64,000 bases of DNA from Phycisphaerae bacterium (GCA_039961895.1 JABRVU010000014.1:19019-83018), one strand, 5' to 3'; shown: positions 39,851 through 55,834, counted from the first letter of the stretch. A program made the numbers and translations. Notes: generated by a model not told the origin, from the sequence alone.

Positions 39851-42800
39851 CTACAGCTCGACGCCGGCCTTGGCCGGTGCGAAGCGGGTTGCAAACAGTG
39901 AGTAGATGGTGGGCAACACGATGAGCGTCAGCAGCGTCGAGGTGACGAGGCCGCCCATGACCACCACCGCGAGGGGCTTCTGGATGTCCGCCCCGGAGCC
40001 GGTCGCGTAGAGCATCGGCAGGTGGCCGATGAAGCTCGTGAGCGCGGTCATCAGCAGTGGCCGGAAGCGGAGGTCACAACCCTTGGTGACCGTGTCCGCC
40101 ACCGACTCTCCCTGCTCGCGGAGCTGACGGAAGAAGGCGACGAGGACCACGCCGTTCTGGACCGCGATGCCGAGCAGCACGATGAAGGCGACCGCCGCGG
40201 ACACCGAGACCGGCATCCTGAACGCCACCACCGCGATGACCCCGCCGACGAGCGCGAACGGCAGGTTGAGCAAGACCAGCAAGGCGTTCCAGATCGATCC
40301 GAGCGCCATGTAGAGCAGCACCATGATCAGCAGGAGCGCGATCGGCACCACGATGGCGAGCTGACGCATGGCCCGTTGCTGGTTCTCGAACTGCCCGCCG
40401 TACTCGACGTAGTAGCCGGACGGCAGCTCCTTCACGAGCGGCGCGAGCTTCTGCTGAACCTCGCCCACGAAGCCACCGAGGTCGCGGCCGCGGATGTTCG
40501 CCTCGGCCACCACCCGCCGCATGCCGTTCTCGCGGCTCACCTGCGCGGGCGCCTCCACAACCTGGAAGTCGGCAATCTGCGCGAGCGGCACGCGCTCGCC
40601 GCCGGGGGCCGTGACCAGCAACCGCTCGAGCTCCGGGATGTCGCCGCGGGCCGACTCCGGGAACCGCACGACCACCGCAAACCGGCGCTGCTCCTCGATC
40701 AGGGTCGTGGCCTTCTTGCCCGCGACAGCCGTCTCGATGACGGCGTTGACGTCCCCGATCTTGATGCCGTGCCGCGCCACGGCCTCCCGGTCGATGACCA
40801 CGTCGAGCTGGGACATGCCCGACACCTGCTCGACCTTCACATCCCGCGCTCCCTCGATGCCGCCCAGGGTCGCGGCCGCGCGGTCCGCGAACTGCTTGAG
40901 CACGGCGAGGTCGGGCCCGAAGACCTTGATCGCGAGGTCACTCTTCACGCCCGAGATGAGCTCGTTCACGCGCAGCGCGATGGGCTGCGAGAAGGAGAAG
41001 CGCAGACCCGGGATCTCGGCGAGGTCCTTCTGGATGGCCTCGACCAGCTCGGCCTTGTCGCGCCCGGTGCCCCATTGCTTGCGGGGCTTGAGCATGATGA
41101 AGACATCAGTCTGCTCCGGGCCCATCGGGTCCTCGGAGATCTCGGCCCGCCCGGTCTTGCTCACCACCGTTTCGACCTCGGGGAACTTCCGCAGGCGCTG
41201 CTCCATGAACGTCGCGACCTTGACCGAGCCGTCGAGCGAGGCGTTCGGGTGCCGCACCACGTTGACGGCAATCGATCCCTCATCAAGATCGGGCATGAAC
41301 GTGGTGCCCATGAACGGGAGGAGCGCCAGGGAAGCAACGAGCACGCCGCCCGAGATTCCGAGGGTCACCGCTGGGCGCCGCACGGCGCGACTGAGTAATC
41401 GCACGTAGGCCCTGTGGAAGCGGCGGATGAAGCCGAACTCCTTCTCCGGGACCTGCTTGAGGAAGACATCGGAGAGGACCGGGATGACGGTCAACGCCAC
41501 GACGAGCGACACCAGGAGAGCGATGAGCATCGTCGCGGCGAGCGGGGCGAACATCTTCCCCTCGATGCCCTGGAGCGTGAACAGCGGCACCAGGATGATC
41601 GCGATGATGAGCACCGAGAAGGCGACCGGCCTCGCGACCTCGACGAGAGCCTCGGCCACCACCCGGCGCTTGTGTTCCTTCTCTGTCCGGTGCGCCAGAT
41701 GCCGCCGGATGTTCTCGACCACCACGATCGACGCATCGACCACCATGCCGACGGAGAACGCGAGGCCGCCCAGGCTCATCAGGTTCGAGCTGATGCCCGC
41801 CGAGCCCATGAAGATGAAGCTCACCAGGAAGGTCAGCGGCAGTGAGAACACGACGATGAGCGCGGTCCGGAACTCGGCGACAAAGAGGAAGAGGATGAGA
41901 ATGACGAAGATGCCACCCTCGAGCAGCGCGTCGACCACGGTCTTGATGCACGCCTCGATGAGCGAGGTCCGGTCGTAGAAGACGTTGAGCTTCACCCCCT
42001 CGGGGAGCGTGCCCTGGATCTTGCCAATCGACTCCTTGACCCGGCTCACGACGTCCCCTGAGTTCGCGCCCTTGAGCATGATGATCATGCCCGCCACCGC
42101 CTCGCCCTCGCCGTCGCGCGAGACGGCGCCCTGTCTGGGCTCGGCGCCGATGACGACGTCGGCGACGTCCCTCAGGTAGACCGGCGAGCCGTCCTTGGAC
42201 TTGAGGACGATGCGCTCGATGTCGGGGATGTCCTTCATCAGGCCCACGCCGCGCATGTAGAGCTGCTCCCAGCCCCGCACCACGACGCCGCCGCCCGCGT
42301 TGGCGTTCCCCTGCTCGACCGCCTCGACGACCTCGTTGACCGTGAGGTCGTACTTGAGGAGCTTCTCGGGCGAGATCAGCACCTGGTACTGCTTGACCTC
42401 GCCGCCGAAGCTGTTGACCTCGTTGACCCCTGGTATGGGCTTGAGCAGCGGCGCCACGATCCAGTCCTGGACCGTGCGCAGCTCCATCGCGCTCTTGCCT
42501 TCTCCCTCCAGCGTGTACTGGAGGATTTCACCAAGACCCGTGGAAATCGGGCCGAGCTCGGGCTCGACGCCAGGGGGGAGCTCCTCGCGCGCCATGCTGA
42601 GGCGCTCGAAGACGACTTGCCGGGTCCAGTAGGTGTCGACGCCGTCCTCGAAGATGATGACCACCTGCGACAGCCCGGCCTTGGAGAGCGAGCGTACTTG
42701 CTTCACGCGCGGCAGGCCTCGCATGACCTGCTCGATCGGGTAGCTGACGCGCTGCTCCACGTCGACGGCGGCCAGCCCCGGAGCCTTCGACAGGATCATG

Positions 42801-42934
42801 ACCTGGGTGTTGGTGACGTCGGGGAATGCATCGATCGGCAGGTGCAGCCACGCCATCACGCCCGCCGCAATGAGGACCGCGGTGGCGAGGAGCACGAGGA
42901 GACGGTTCTTTAGCAAAAAGGTGATCTGTTTCAT
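39851..42934 (-). CDS. czcA: CzcA-type heavy-metal RND efflux pump
   Basis: LPIDAFPDVTNTQVMILSKAPGLAAVDVEQRVSYPIE...GLSQVVIIFEDGVDTYWTRQVVFERL follows the CzcA N-terminus. 1027 aa, 12-TM layout. Confidence 0.9.
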   Translation of the reverse strand: MKQITFLLKNRLLVLLATAVLIAAGVMAWLHLPIDAFPDVTNTQVMILSKAPGLAAVDVEQRVSYPIEQVMRGLPRVKQVRSLSKAGLSQVVIIFEDGVDTYWTRQVVFERLSMAREELPPGVEPELGPISTGLGEILQYTLEGEGKSAMELRTVQDWIVAPLLKPIPGVNEVNSFGGEVKQYQVLISPEKLLKYDLTVNEVVEAVEQGNANAGGGVVVRGWEQLYMRGVGLMKDIPDIERIVLKSKDGSPVYLRDVADVVIGAEPRQGAVSRDGEGEAVAGMIIMLKGANSGDVVSRVKESIGKIQGTLPEGVKLNVFYDRTSLIEACIKTVVDALLEGGIFVILILFLFVAEFRTALIVVFSLPLTFLVSFIFMGSAGISSNLMSLGGLAFSVGMVVDASIVVVENIRRHLAHRTEKEHKRRVVAEALVEVARPVAFSVLIIAIILVPLFTLQGIEGKMFAPLAATMLIALLVSLVVALTVIPVLSDVFLKQVPEKEFGFIRRFHRAYVRLLSRAVRRPAVTLGISGGVLVASLALLPFMGTTFMPDLDEGSIAVNVVRHPNASLDGSVKVATFMEQRLRKFPEVETVVSKTGRAEISEDPMGPEQTDVFIMLKPRKQWGTGRDKAELVEAIQKDLAEIPGLRFSFSQPIALRVNELISGVKSDLAIKVFGPDLAVLKQFADRAAATLGGIEGARDVKVEQVSGMSQLDVVIDREAVARHGIKIGDVNAVIETAVAGKKATTLIEEQRRFAVVVRFPESARGDIPELERLLVTAPGGERVPLAQIADFQVVEAPAQVSRENGMRRVVAEANIRGRDLGGFVGEVQQKLAPLVKELPSGYYVEYGGQFENQQRAMRQLAIVVPIALLLIMVLLYMALGSIWNALLVLLNLPFALVGGVIAVVAFRMPVSVSAAVAFIVLLGIAVQNGVVLVAFFRQLREQGESVADTVTKGCDLRFRPLLMTALTSFIGHLPMLYATGSGADIQKPLAVVVMGGLVTSTLLTLIVLPTIYSLFATRFAPAKAGVEL

Positions 42935-42949
42935 GGCGATCTCCCTTCT

Positions 42950-44272
42950 TCAGTCCGCGCATCCCGCGCCCATCTTCGAGCGCAGGACGTCGGACTTCAT
43001 GAGGAAGGCGCCTTCGGCCACGACGACCTGCGACGGCTCGACGCCCTTCTTGATTTCGGCCCAGCCGGCCCACCGCCGTCCCACGACGACGGGGCGCCGG
43101 ACGTAGTAGTCGCCCTGGTAGTGGACGAATACGAACGAGCGGCCCTCGTCCTCGAGGACGGATTGCCTCGGCAGGGCCATGGTCTCCTCCGTGCCCGGCA
43201 GGAAGACCTTGACCGCCGCGAACATCCCCGCGAGCAGGCGGCCGTCCTCGTTCTTGACCTGAACTCGGACCTTGACCGTCCGCGAGGACTCGTCCATTGC
43301 CGGGCTGACCAGATCGACCGTTCCGGCGAACTCCTCGCCCGGGTAGGCCTTGACCGAGATCGTCGCCGCGAGCTTCTGGGCGGCCTGGCCCTTCTTCACC
43401 GCGGCGATGTCCCGCTCGTACAGATCGGCCCAAACCCAGACCGCCGTGTTGTCGCCCACGGTCAGGAGCGCTTCCTCCGTCTTGGCCACCTCGCCGGACA
43501 CCGCGTGCATCACCAGCACCGTGCCGTCCATCGGCGCTCGCAGGACGATGCGCCCGCCCTCGGTCCCTCCCGTACCGAGGCGGTTGAGCTTGCTACGCGC
43601 GCCCGTCGCGCGGATCTCGGCCGCCTCCAGTTCCTGCTTCGCCTGGAGGTACTCCTTTTCGGAGGAGATGTTCTCCTTTCGCAGCTCGGACACTCGCTCG
43701 AAGTTGCGGCGCGCGAGGGTCAGCATGCCTTGCGCTTCGAGGTAGGCGGCTTGCCCTTCGCCGACCGCGACGCTCTCGATCTCGAGGAGCGGCTGCCCCT
43801 TCTTGACCTGATCTCCGAGCGCGACGTGGACCGTCTTGATGATGCCCTCGACCTGCGTGCTCACGTGGCCGACCCGTCGCTCGTCGAAGCGGACCTCGCC
43901 GGTGAGCGCAATCGGCACGGCGACCTTCTGCCGTTCGGCCTTGGTAGTGGTGAAGAGGCCACCCTGCGTCAGGGAAGCGGGAGCACGAACGAAGCCCGTC
44001 TCGTAGCGGCACTCGTCGCACTCGTAGGTCTTCTTCTTGTGCTCGCAGGTGAGACCGACCAGCTCGGGGATCGGCCGGTCCAAATCCGAGGGCTCCTTGC
44101 CCTCGGGGCCCTCGCCGTGCTCGGCATGGCCTCCTTCGCCCTCGTGGGACGCATGGTCGTCGGCTTTCGCCGCCGGAACAGGCGTACCTTCGGCCGGGTT
44201 CTTCTTGTTGCAGGACGCGCTCGCGGCCACCAGGGCCAACGAGAAGACTAGGATGAAGATGCGGCTGTTCAT
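42950..44272 (-). CDS. czcB: RND periplasmic adaptor (CzcB-like) with His-rich N-terminal region
   Basis: HASHEGEGGHAEHGEG, a CEHKKKTYECDEC motif, then membrane-fusion-protein domains. Confidence 0.8.
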   Translation of the reverse strand: MNSRIFILVFSLALVAASASCNKKNPAEGTPVPAAKADDHASHEGEGGHAEHGEGPEGKEPSDLDRPIPELVGLTCEHKKKTYECDECRYETGFVRAPASLTQGGLFTTTKAERQKVAVPIALTGEVRFDERRVGHVSTQVEGIIKTVHVALGDQVKKGQPLLEIESVAVGEGQAAYLEAQGMLTLARRNFERVSELRKENISSEKEYLQAKQELEAAEIRATGARSKLNRLGTGGTEGGRIVLRAPMDGTVLVMHAVSGEVAKTEEALLTVGDNTAVWVWADLYERDIAAVKKGQAAQKLAATISVKAYPGEEFAGTVDLVSPAMDESSRTVKVRVQVKNEDGRLLAGMFAAVKVFLPGTEETMALPRQSVLEDEGRSFVFVHYQGDYYVRRPVVVGRRWAGWAEIKKGVEPSQVVVAEGAFLMKSDVLRSKMGAGCAD

Positions 44273-45573
44273 TTGGGCTCCTCTCCGACGAGCGCGCCGA
44301 GGCGGCTGCAGTCGATCTGGGCTTGCGCGAGCGCGCTCAGGTAGAGGCGGCGCGAATCAAGCAAAGTGCGGCGGGCATCGATGACCTCGAGCAGGCTCGC
44401 CTCGCCGAGTTGGTACGTCTTCTCCATGGTTGACGCCGCTGTCTCGGAGCGCGGCACCACGTTGTTCCTGAACCGTGTCGCGGTCGCGACCGACGCTTGG
44501 CAAGCCGCCTGGGCGTCGACCACGGAGGCCTGAAGCTCCAGGCCGGTGGCCTCGGCATGTTTGCGGCTGGCGGCCAGTCTGGCTTCCGCCTGGGCGATGC
44601 GACCGGAGTTCCAGTTCCAGAGCGGCAGGTCGACCGTGAGCCCGACACCGTAGGCCCGCCGGTCCAGCTCGTAGCTCGTGAAGCCCGTAAGACCGAACGC
44701 GGGCACGCGAGCCAGCTTCTCGGTGTCGAGCTCGGCCTCGAAGAACCGCGTCCGCGCCCTGGCGACTGCAAGGGACGGATGGGCGATCCGCGCCTTGGAC
44801 AGGGCCGCGTCGCGATCGAGCGCCACCGGGAGACTATCGAGATCGGCGGTCAGCACCAGCGTCTGTCCCGCGGGTACGCCGAGCCATAGCGCGAGCTCGG
44901 CGCGACGGGCCTTGAGCGAGACGCGCGCCGCCTCGAGCTCGCTCGTGACCTTCTCGAGCTCGATCTCGACCCGGGTCGCCTCGACGGGGCGGACCTCGCC
45001 CTTCTCCACTCGCTTCCTCACGGTTTCGACGAGCGCCAAGGTCTGCGCCTCGAGCGCCTCGAGGGATGCGACCCTGGCCTGTTCGTAGGCGAGGTTCCAG
45101 AACAGGGTCCGGAGCTGGAGCAGGACGTCCCGGCGCAGCGCCTTGGTTTCGGCCAGGGCGACGTCGACCTCTGCCTCGGCCGCGCTGATGCGCGACCCGC
45201 GCTGCGCGATCCAACCCAAGGGGATGGTCACGGCGAGGCCCCACTCGACACGGGAGGCGCCACCGGTCCTGGCGACGCCCTGGCCGACGTTGCCTTCCAG
45301 GGTCGGGTTGGGCACGGCGCCAGCGGCGTCGACGCCGCCCCGCGCGGCGTCGACCTGGAACTTGCCCGCGGAGAGCCGCGGGTGCTGATCGACCAGGCGG
45401 ACGACGTCAGGCCAGGTCAGGTTGACGGTTGCGGACGAACCGTCCGCGATTTCGGCCGGCGGAACCGAATCGGGCTGACCCGGGCCGGCCATCGCCGGGC
45501 TCGCCGAGAGGAGAACTACAAGTAGGAGCTGACCGCGCCTCCAGCGGGAGGCGCGTTTGAGAACGCAATGCAT
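44269..45573 (-). CDS. czcC: TolC-family outer-membrane efflux protein (CzcC-like)
   Basis: Signal peptide (LLLVVLLSASPAMA), TolC-type repeats, and a 4-nt overlap with czcB. Start taken at MHCVLK. Confidence 0.75.
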   Translation of the reverse strand: MHCVLKRASRWRRGQLLLVVLLSASPAMAGPGQPDSVPPAEIADGSSATVNLTWPDVVRLVDQHPRLSAGKFQVDAARGGVDAAGAVPNPTLEGNVGQGVARTGGASRVEWGLAVTIPLGWIAQRGSRISAAEAEVDVALAETKALRRDVLLQLRTLFWNLAYEQARVASLEALEAQTLALVETVRKRVEKGEVRPVEATRVEIELEKVTSELEAARVSLKARRAELALWLGVPAGQTLVLTADLDSLPVALDRDAALSKARIAHPSLAVARARTRFFEAELDTEKLARVPAFGLTGFTSYELDRRAYGVGLTVDLPLWNWNSGRIAQAEARLAASRKHAEATGLELQASVVDAQAACQASVATATRFRNNVVPRSETAASTMEKTYQLGEASLLEVIDARRTLLDSRRLYLSALAQAQIDCSRLGALVGEEPK

Positions 45574-45689
45574 CTTCGAATACCTGCCTTTCGATGACGC
45601 CCGCGAGGGACGTCCGGGTTGCGCCAAGCCATCGGCTCGCGTTGCACGGGGGCACGCGAGCGCAACGGCGCCTTCTCAAAGGGAAGGCG

Positions 45690-46022
45690 TTAGGCGCGGG
45701 GCGGGTGGAAGATGCGGAAGTGGACGTCCTTCGGATGAAGGTCGTCGTACACGCTCAGATTCAGCTCATCCGAGTCGGGAGGAGCTGGCGCGAGCTGCTG
45801 CGGGACAAACAGGGTCGTGGCCGCGTGACCCGGACAGCAGGTACACGCGCAGGCCGGGCCGCAGGGATGGCCCTTGTCGTCGGGATCGGGACAGGGCGAG
45901 CCCTCGGTGTGGCTGATCTGATCCCCGCTCGCCCAGGATCGCAGCACCTCGCCCGCGGTCGCCGAAACCATGCCGGCGACGAAGACAAAGAGGACGAGAA
46001 CGGCGACACGCTGGAGTTTCAT
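45690..46022 (-). CDS. Small secreted Cys-rich protein (CzcI-position, putative metal-binding)
   Basis: Signal/anchor MKLQRVAVLVLFVFVAGMVSA, then CPDPDDKGHPCGPACACTCCPGH. It lies between arsR and czcC. Confidence 0.5.
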   Translation of the reverse strand: MKLQRVAVLVLFVFVAGMVSATAGEVLRSWASGDQISHTEGSPCPDPDDKGHPCGPACACTCCPGHAATTLFVPQQLAPAPPDSDELNLSVYDDLHPKDVHFRIFHPPRA

Positions 46023-46432
46023 GCGCGCGCCCCCTGTTCTGCCAGGTGGCGTGCGCAGTCGTCGAGAAGAGAGACGATGAACGGCGAGTGGAGCGAGTAG
46101 TGGACGAGCTTGCCCTCGGACCGCGAGCGCACGATGCGGAGATCCTTGAGCTGGTGGAGCTGGTGCGAGGTCGCCGAGACCGACAACCCGACCGCCTCGG
46201 AGATCTCACAGACGCACATCTCGCCGCTGGCGAGCGCCCTGATCAGCCGCACGCGGGTCGGGTGCGCGAGCATCTTGAAGGTGTCGGCGATCTCCTGCGC
46301 CTGCTCACTGGGCGGAAGCGCGGCCCTTCCGCGACGCACGCGCTCCTGGTCCACGGAGAAGACACCACAATGCTCGTCCGCACCGGCCTTGCCGTGCGTT
46401 CTTGCGAGTGCGGCTGTCTTCCTTCGTGCCAT
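46019..46432 (-). CDS. ArsR/SmtB-family metalloregulator
   Basis: FKMLAHPTRVRLIRAL...EMCVCEISEAVGLSVSATSHQLHQLK is the ArsR winged HTH, with the CVC metal site. Confidence 0.85.
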   Translation of the reverse strand: MARRKTAALARTHGKAGADEHCGVFSVDQERVRRGRAALPPSEQAQEIADTFKMLAHPTRVRLIRALASGEMCVCEISEAVGLSVSATSHQLHQLKDLRIVRSRSEGKLVHYSLHSPFIVSLLDDCARHLAEQGARA

Positions 46433-46616
46433 GAGCGATTCATTACCTCACTTGAGCAAGTATAGAAACGTTCTGCCTGCTTGTCAACCCATTCCAGTCC
46501 AACCCGTCGATTTGGCCAGGGTTTCAACCGCGGCGGGCCTGGGAATATTCCCGCCTCTGTCCCCGCTTCGACCGCCCGCGGCTTTGCCTCTCCGGAACCA
46601 CTCAGGGAGGCGACCC

Positions 46617-46787
46617 ATGAAGTCCTGGTACGAGAGCAAGACGATCTGGTTGGGCCTGGCGACTATCGCGACCGCGGTGGTGTCGGCGGTGGCGGGCGGC
46701 GCGGGCTGGCAGCAGGCAATCCTCGCCGCCGTCGGCGCAGCGAACATCTTCCTGCGCACGCAGACCGACAAGCCGGTGGGGAAGTAG
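46617..46787 (+). CDS. Small membrane protein (56 aa)
   Basis: GGGAGG lies 6 nt before the ATG. MKSWYESKTIWLGLATIATAVVSAVAGGAGWQQAILAAVGAANIF has two hydrophobic helices. Confidence 0.45.
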   Translation: MKSWYESKTIWLGLATIATAVVSAVAGGAGWQQAILAAVGAANIFLRTQTDKPVGK

Positions 46788-46928
46788 CTGTCCCCGTCGT
46801 CGCGTGACGGTGCTTTGCACTCACGGAGGCGGGGCGGTGGACCCAGGCCGGTTCACGATCCCGTGGGCTCCCAGACCCGGCGACAAGGGTTGACCGGCCC
46901 CGCCTCCACTTGCTCGGGAGAGCCCGCG

Positions 46929-47134
46929 ATGGAGCGCACGCTGCACGTCTTCGTCATCCCCAACGGCCAGCCGCCGGCCGGGCCGCCCAAGCCCGCCCGC
47001 GCGCTCACGGTCGCGGCCCCGAGCCTCGACGGGCTGCGCGAGGCCGCCCGCGAGAAGCTCGCGGCCGAGGGCTACCGCGTCCGCTCGCTGTCGTTCGGTC
47101 CGAAGGGCCTCGTCGCCTACGTCGAGGCCGCGCG

Positions 47135-47138
<4 letters not shown>
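46929..47138 (+). CDS. Hypothetical small protein upstream of portal
   Basis: ATGA overlap with the portal start. Composition is plausible. Confidence 0.4.
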
Positions 47139-48950
<1,812 letters not shown>

Positions 48951-48964
<14 letters not shown>

Positions 48965-49208
48965 CCTCCAGCGAGCCTGGGTCCGCCAGGCCGAGCTCGA
49001 CGCCGAACGGGGCGTGATCGAGTGCCGCGTGTGCAAGGCGCGGGTCGGCCTCGACCAGGCGATCACGATCTGGCGCAACGGCACGCTCGTCTTTGCGGTC
49101 TGCGACGGCTGCGCCGCCGACCACGAGATCCTCATGCGGCCGACCGAGGCCGGCATCGAGGTTCGCGGACGCGCCCGCCACCCGGTCGCCATCACGGGAG
49201 GCGGGTGA
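48951..49208 (+). CDS. Small zinc-ribbon protein
   Basis: CRVCKARV...CDGCAADH (CxxC...CxxC). Overlaps the portal end by 14 nt. Confidence 0.4.
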
Positions 49209-49210
49209 CC

Positions 49211-49516
49211 ATGAGGCTCCACGTCACCGACCGCCGCCCCTGCCGCCTCGAGCGCGGCGACCTGCGCCGCGTGCCGCAGAACCCCCTGTCCGGCATCGTC
49301 GGCTACCACGTCTGCTGCCTGCGCTGCGGCTTCGTGACCGTCGCCCTCAACGGTAGCGATGGGCTGGTCATCACCGAAGCCGAGGAGAACGGCTCCCTGC
49401 TCGTGAGTTTCTCGCGGCCGGTGCGCTGCACCTACTGCGCTGTGCTCGTCCACCTCGACCGTGGCGAGGCCACCCTGGAGGAGGACGCGAATGTGCGTCA
49501 GGTGCGCTACCGCTGA
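49211..49516 (+). CDS. Small zinc-ribbon protein
   Basis: CCLRCGF...CTYCAV (CxxC...CxxC). The start lies 2 nt after the previous stop. Confidence 0.4.
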   Translation: MRLHVTDRRPCRLERGDLRRVPQNPLSGIVGYHVCCLRCGFVTVALNGSDGLVITEAEENGSLLVSFSRPVRCTYCAVLVHLDRGEATLEEDANVRQVRYR

Positions 49517-50573
49517 CGACCTCGCCCTGGTCGCCGAGGCCCGCGACGTCGCCGATGCGCTCCTCGGCCGCTACCTGCGGCTCGACGTCGCCAAGGCCAT
49601 GAACCTCGGGACACCGGGCGGCTTCGACCGCGCTGTGGTGCGCCTCGCCCGCCTTCTTCAGGGCCGCGCGGCCGACTCCGATCACGCCGCGGTCAAGGCG
49701 GCGGTCGAGGTCCTCGACGTGGACTGGCATCGCACCACGGTCGAACAGCGTCGCTCGCTCATCTCCCGCGCGCTGGAGGCGTCCGGTCGCAAGACCAAGG
49801 ACGTGCCGGCCAAGGTCCAGACCGTCTTCGGGAACGCGGCGACCGAGGTGGTGCGCGCGACCCGGGACGGGGCTCGCCGCGACCAGAAGCTCGCTATCGG
49901 CGCTGACTTCAACGCCGTCGACCAGCGGGTGATCCGTCATCTCCGCTCCAGCCAGGCTAACTACGTCCGCGACGAGTACGGCCGCCGGCACGACGCGTTC
50001 GGCGAGGAAGCCCGGCGCATCGTCTCCGAGGGGCTCGAGTCGGGCCTGGGCCGGGACGACATCGCCGAGGACCTGGCGGAAGCCGCCAAGGGCATCATCG
50101 CCGGTCGCTCGCCGGCCTACTGGGATGTCGTGGCCGGGTCGTTCGTCGGCCGCGGGCGGTCGTTCTCCCAGCTCTCGGCCTACGCGGAGGCGGCGGTCAC
50201 CCGCTACCGCATCGTGGCCGTGCTGGACGAGGTGACCACGCCCACCTGCCGGTTCCTCGACGGCAAGACCTTCTCGGTCAGCCGCGGGCTCGAGCTGTTC
50301 GACCGGGTGGAGGCCAACCCGGACAGCATCGAGGAACTGAACCCCTGGGTGCGGGACACCGTGGACCCGGCGACCGGCAAGCGGTCGCTGTCGATCGAGC
50401 GCGGCGGCGAGCGGTACTCCATCGCCGACATCGTGCGCTCGGGCGTCGGCGCCCGTGACGACCGCGGGGAGTTCTCGCGAGGCCTCGGCGAGCGCGAGCT
50501 GGGCGACCTCGGAATTGGCTTTCCGCCCTACCACGGGCTCTGCCGCACCACGACCGTGGCCGAGGTCGAGTGA
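49491..50573 (+). CDS. Phage head morphogenesis protein (Mu F / SPP1 gp7 family)
   Basis: VLDEVTTPTCRFLDGKTFSV is the family signature (D..T...C..LdG). AGGAGGA precedes the ATG at 49491. Confidence 0.7.
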   Translation: MCVRCATADDLALVAEARDVADALLGRYLRLDVAKAMNLGTPGGFDRAVVRLARLLQGRAADSDHAAVKAAVEVLDVDWHRTTVEQRRSLISRALEASGRKTKDVPAKVQTVFGNAATEVVRATRDGARRDQKLAIGADFNAVDQRVIRHLRSSQANYVRDEYGRRHDAFGEEARRIVSEGLESGLGRDDIAEDLAEAAKGIIAGRSPAYWDVVAGSFVGRGRSFSQLSAYAEAAVTRYRIVAVLDEVTTPTCRFLDGKTFSVSRGLELFDRVEANPDSIEELNPWVRDTVDPATGKRSLSIERGGERYSIADIVRSGVGARDDRGEFSRGLGERELGDLGIGFPPYHGLCRTTTVAEVE

Positions 50574-50624
50574 CCGTGTCCCCGTTTTGAGCATGCCCGG
50601 CTTTGCCCATGCGGAGGTGAAGCC

Positions 50625-50823
50625 GTGTCCGAAGGCGCGACCGACAAGAGCACCGCGAAGGCCCAGCCGGACCTGAAGTTCCGGCTCGCGGCCGTCCGCG
50701 ATCGGTGCGCCGTCCTGCGAGGCCGCAAGCCCGCCGCCAAGGACGACGGCACCGCCTGGCCGCGCGACCTCAACGCCACCGGCCAAGATGGCACCTGGGG
50801 CAACGACCCCGTGGAGGTCCGGG

Positions 50824-50831
<8 letters not shown>
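50625..50831 (+). CDS. Hypothetical small protein
   Basis: GTG start preceded by GGAGGTG. Overlaps the next gene by 8 nt. Confidence 0.35.
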
Positions 50832-53984
<3,153 letters not shown>

Positions 53985-53988
<4 letters not shown>

Positions 53989-54854
53989 GCACGGCCAAGC
54001 AGGACGACAGCATCCACCGCCTGCTCGACATCGTCGTCGAGGAGGTTTCGCTCGTGGACCGGGCGGCGAACAAGCACCGCTTTCTCATCGTGAAGAGGAG
54101 TGACCCCATGGAAGAGAACCACGCCGACAAGGCAAAGACCCCCGATGGGGAGGCGGCTCCGACCGCGAAGCAGACGCCTCCCGAGAATCCTGCCCCCGAG
54201 GCCGAGACCACCGCGCCCGCGGACACCGGCGGACCGCCCGACAGCAGCATGCTGGAGGCGGCCGTGCAGGCGCTCGAGCGGCTGACCGAGACGGTCGAGA
54301 CGCTGGGTGCGCTCGCCCGCGGCGACGCCCGCCTCCAGATCGGAGAGATCGCCGCGGAGCTGCGCGCGCTCGCGGATCGCCTGGTGGAGTCGGCCGGCGC
54401 CGAGCCCGCGCCCCCGCCCGAGCCGGAAGGCGACCTGGCGGTCGTCATCGAGTCGGTGCGGGCGACCCTGCAGCAGATCGGCTCGCTCATCGACGCGAGC
54501 AAGGCCGCGCCCGCGAAGACGAAGCCCAAGTCGGACGCGGCTCCCGACGCCAAGGACAAGAACGAGAAGCGCGACCCCGAGCCCGGGGACGTGACCGCGT
54601 CTCCCCCGCAGGACGACCCGCTCCGCAAGGACCTCTCGGGCCTCACCGACTCGGTGAGGAAGCTAGTCGAGGCCCTGAAGGAGCAGGCGCAGCGGCTCTC
54701 GAAGCTAGAGAAGCGCTTCGGGCTGCCGAACAGCGCGCCCGCGCGGGAGGAAGGCAACCGGCCGGAAGACGAGGAGGTGGGATGGCCCATGGACCTCAAC
54801 CGGCCCTTCGACCGGGAGAACGTCGACAAGGCGGTCTCCTTCCACGACCTGTGA
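53985..54854 (+). CDS. Scaffold-like protein
   Basis: ATGA overlap with the upstream gene. N-terminal [18 protein letters not shown], then a Pro/Ala/Glu-rich and coiled-coil sequence. It lies directly upstream of the major capsid gene. Confidence 0.5.
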
Positions 54855-54895
54855 GCCCCGGTAGCCAGACGCCGGCAAAGACAAGGAGCGAACCC

Positions 54896-55834
<939 letters not shown>

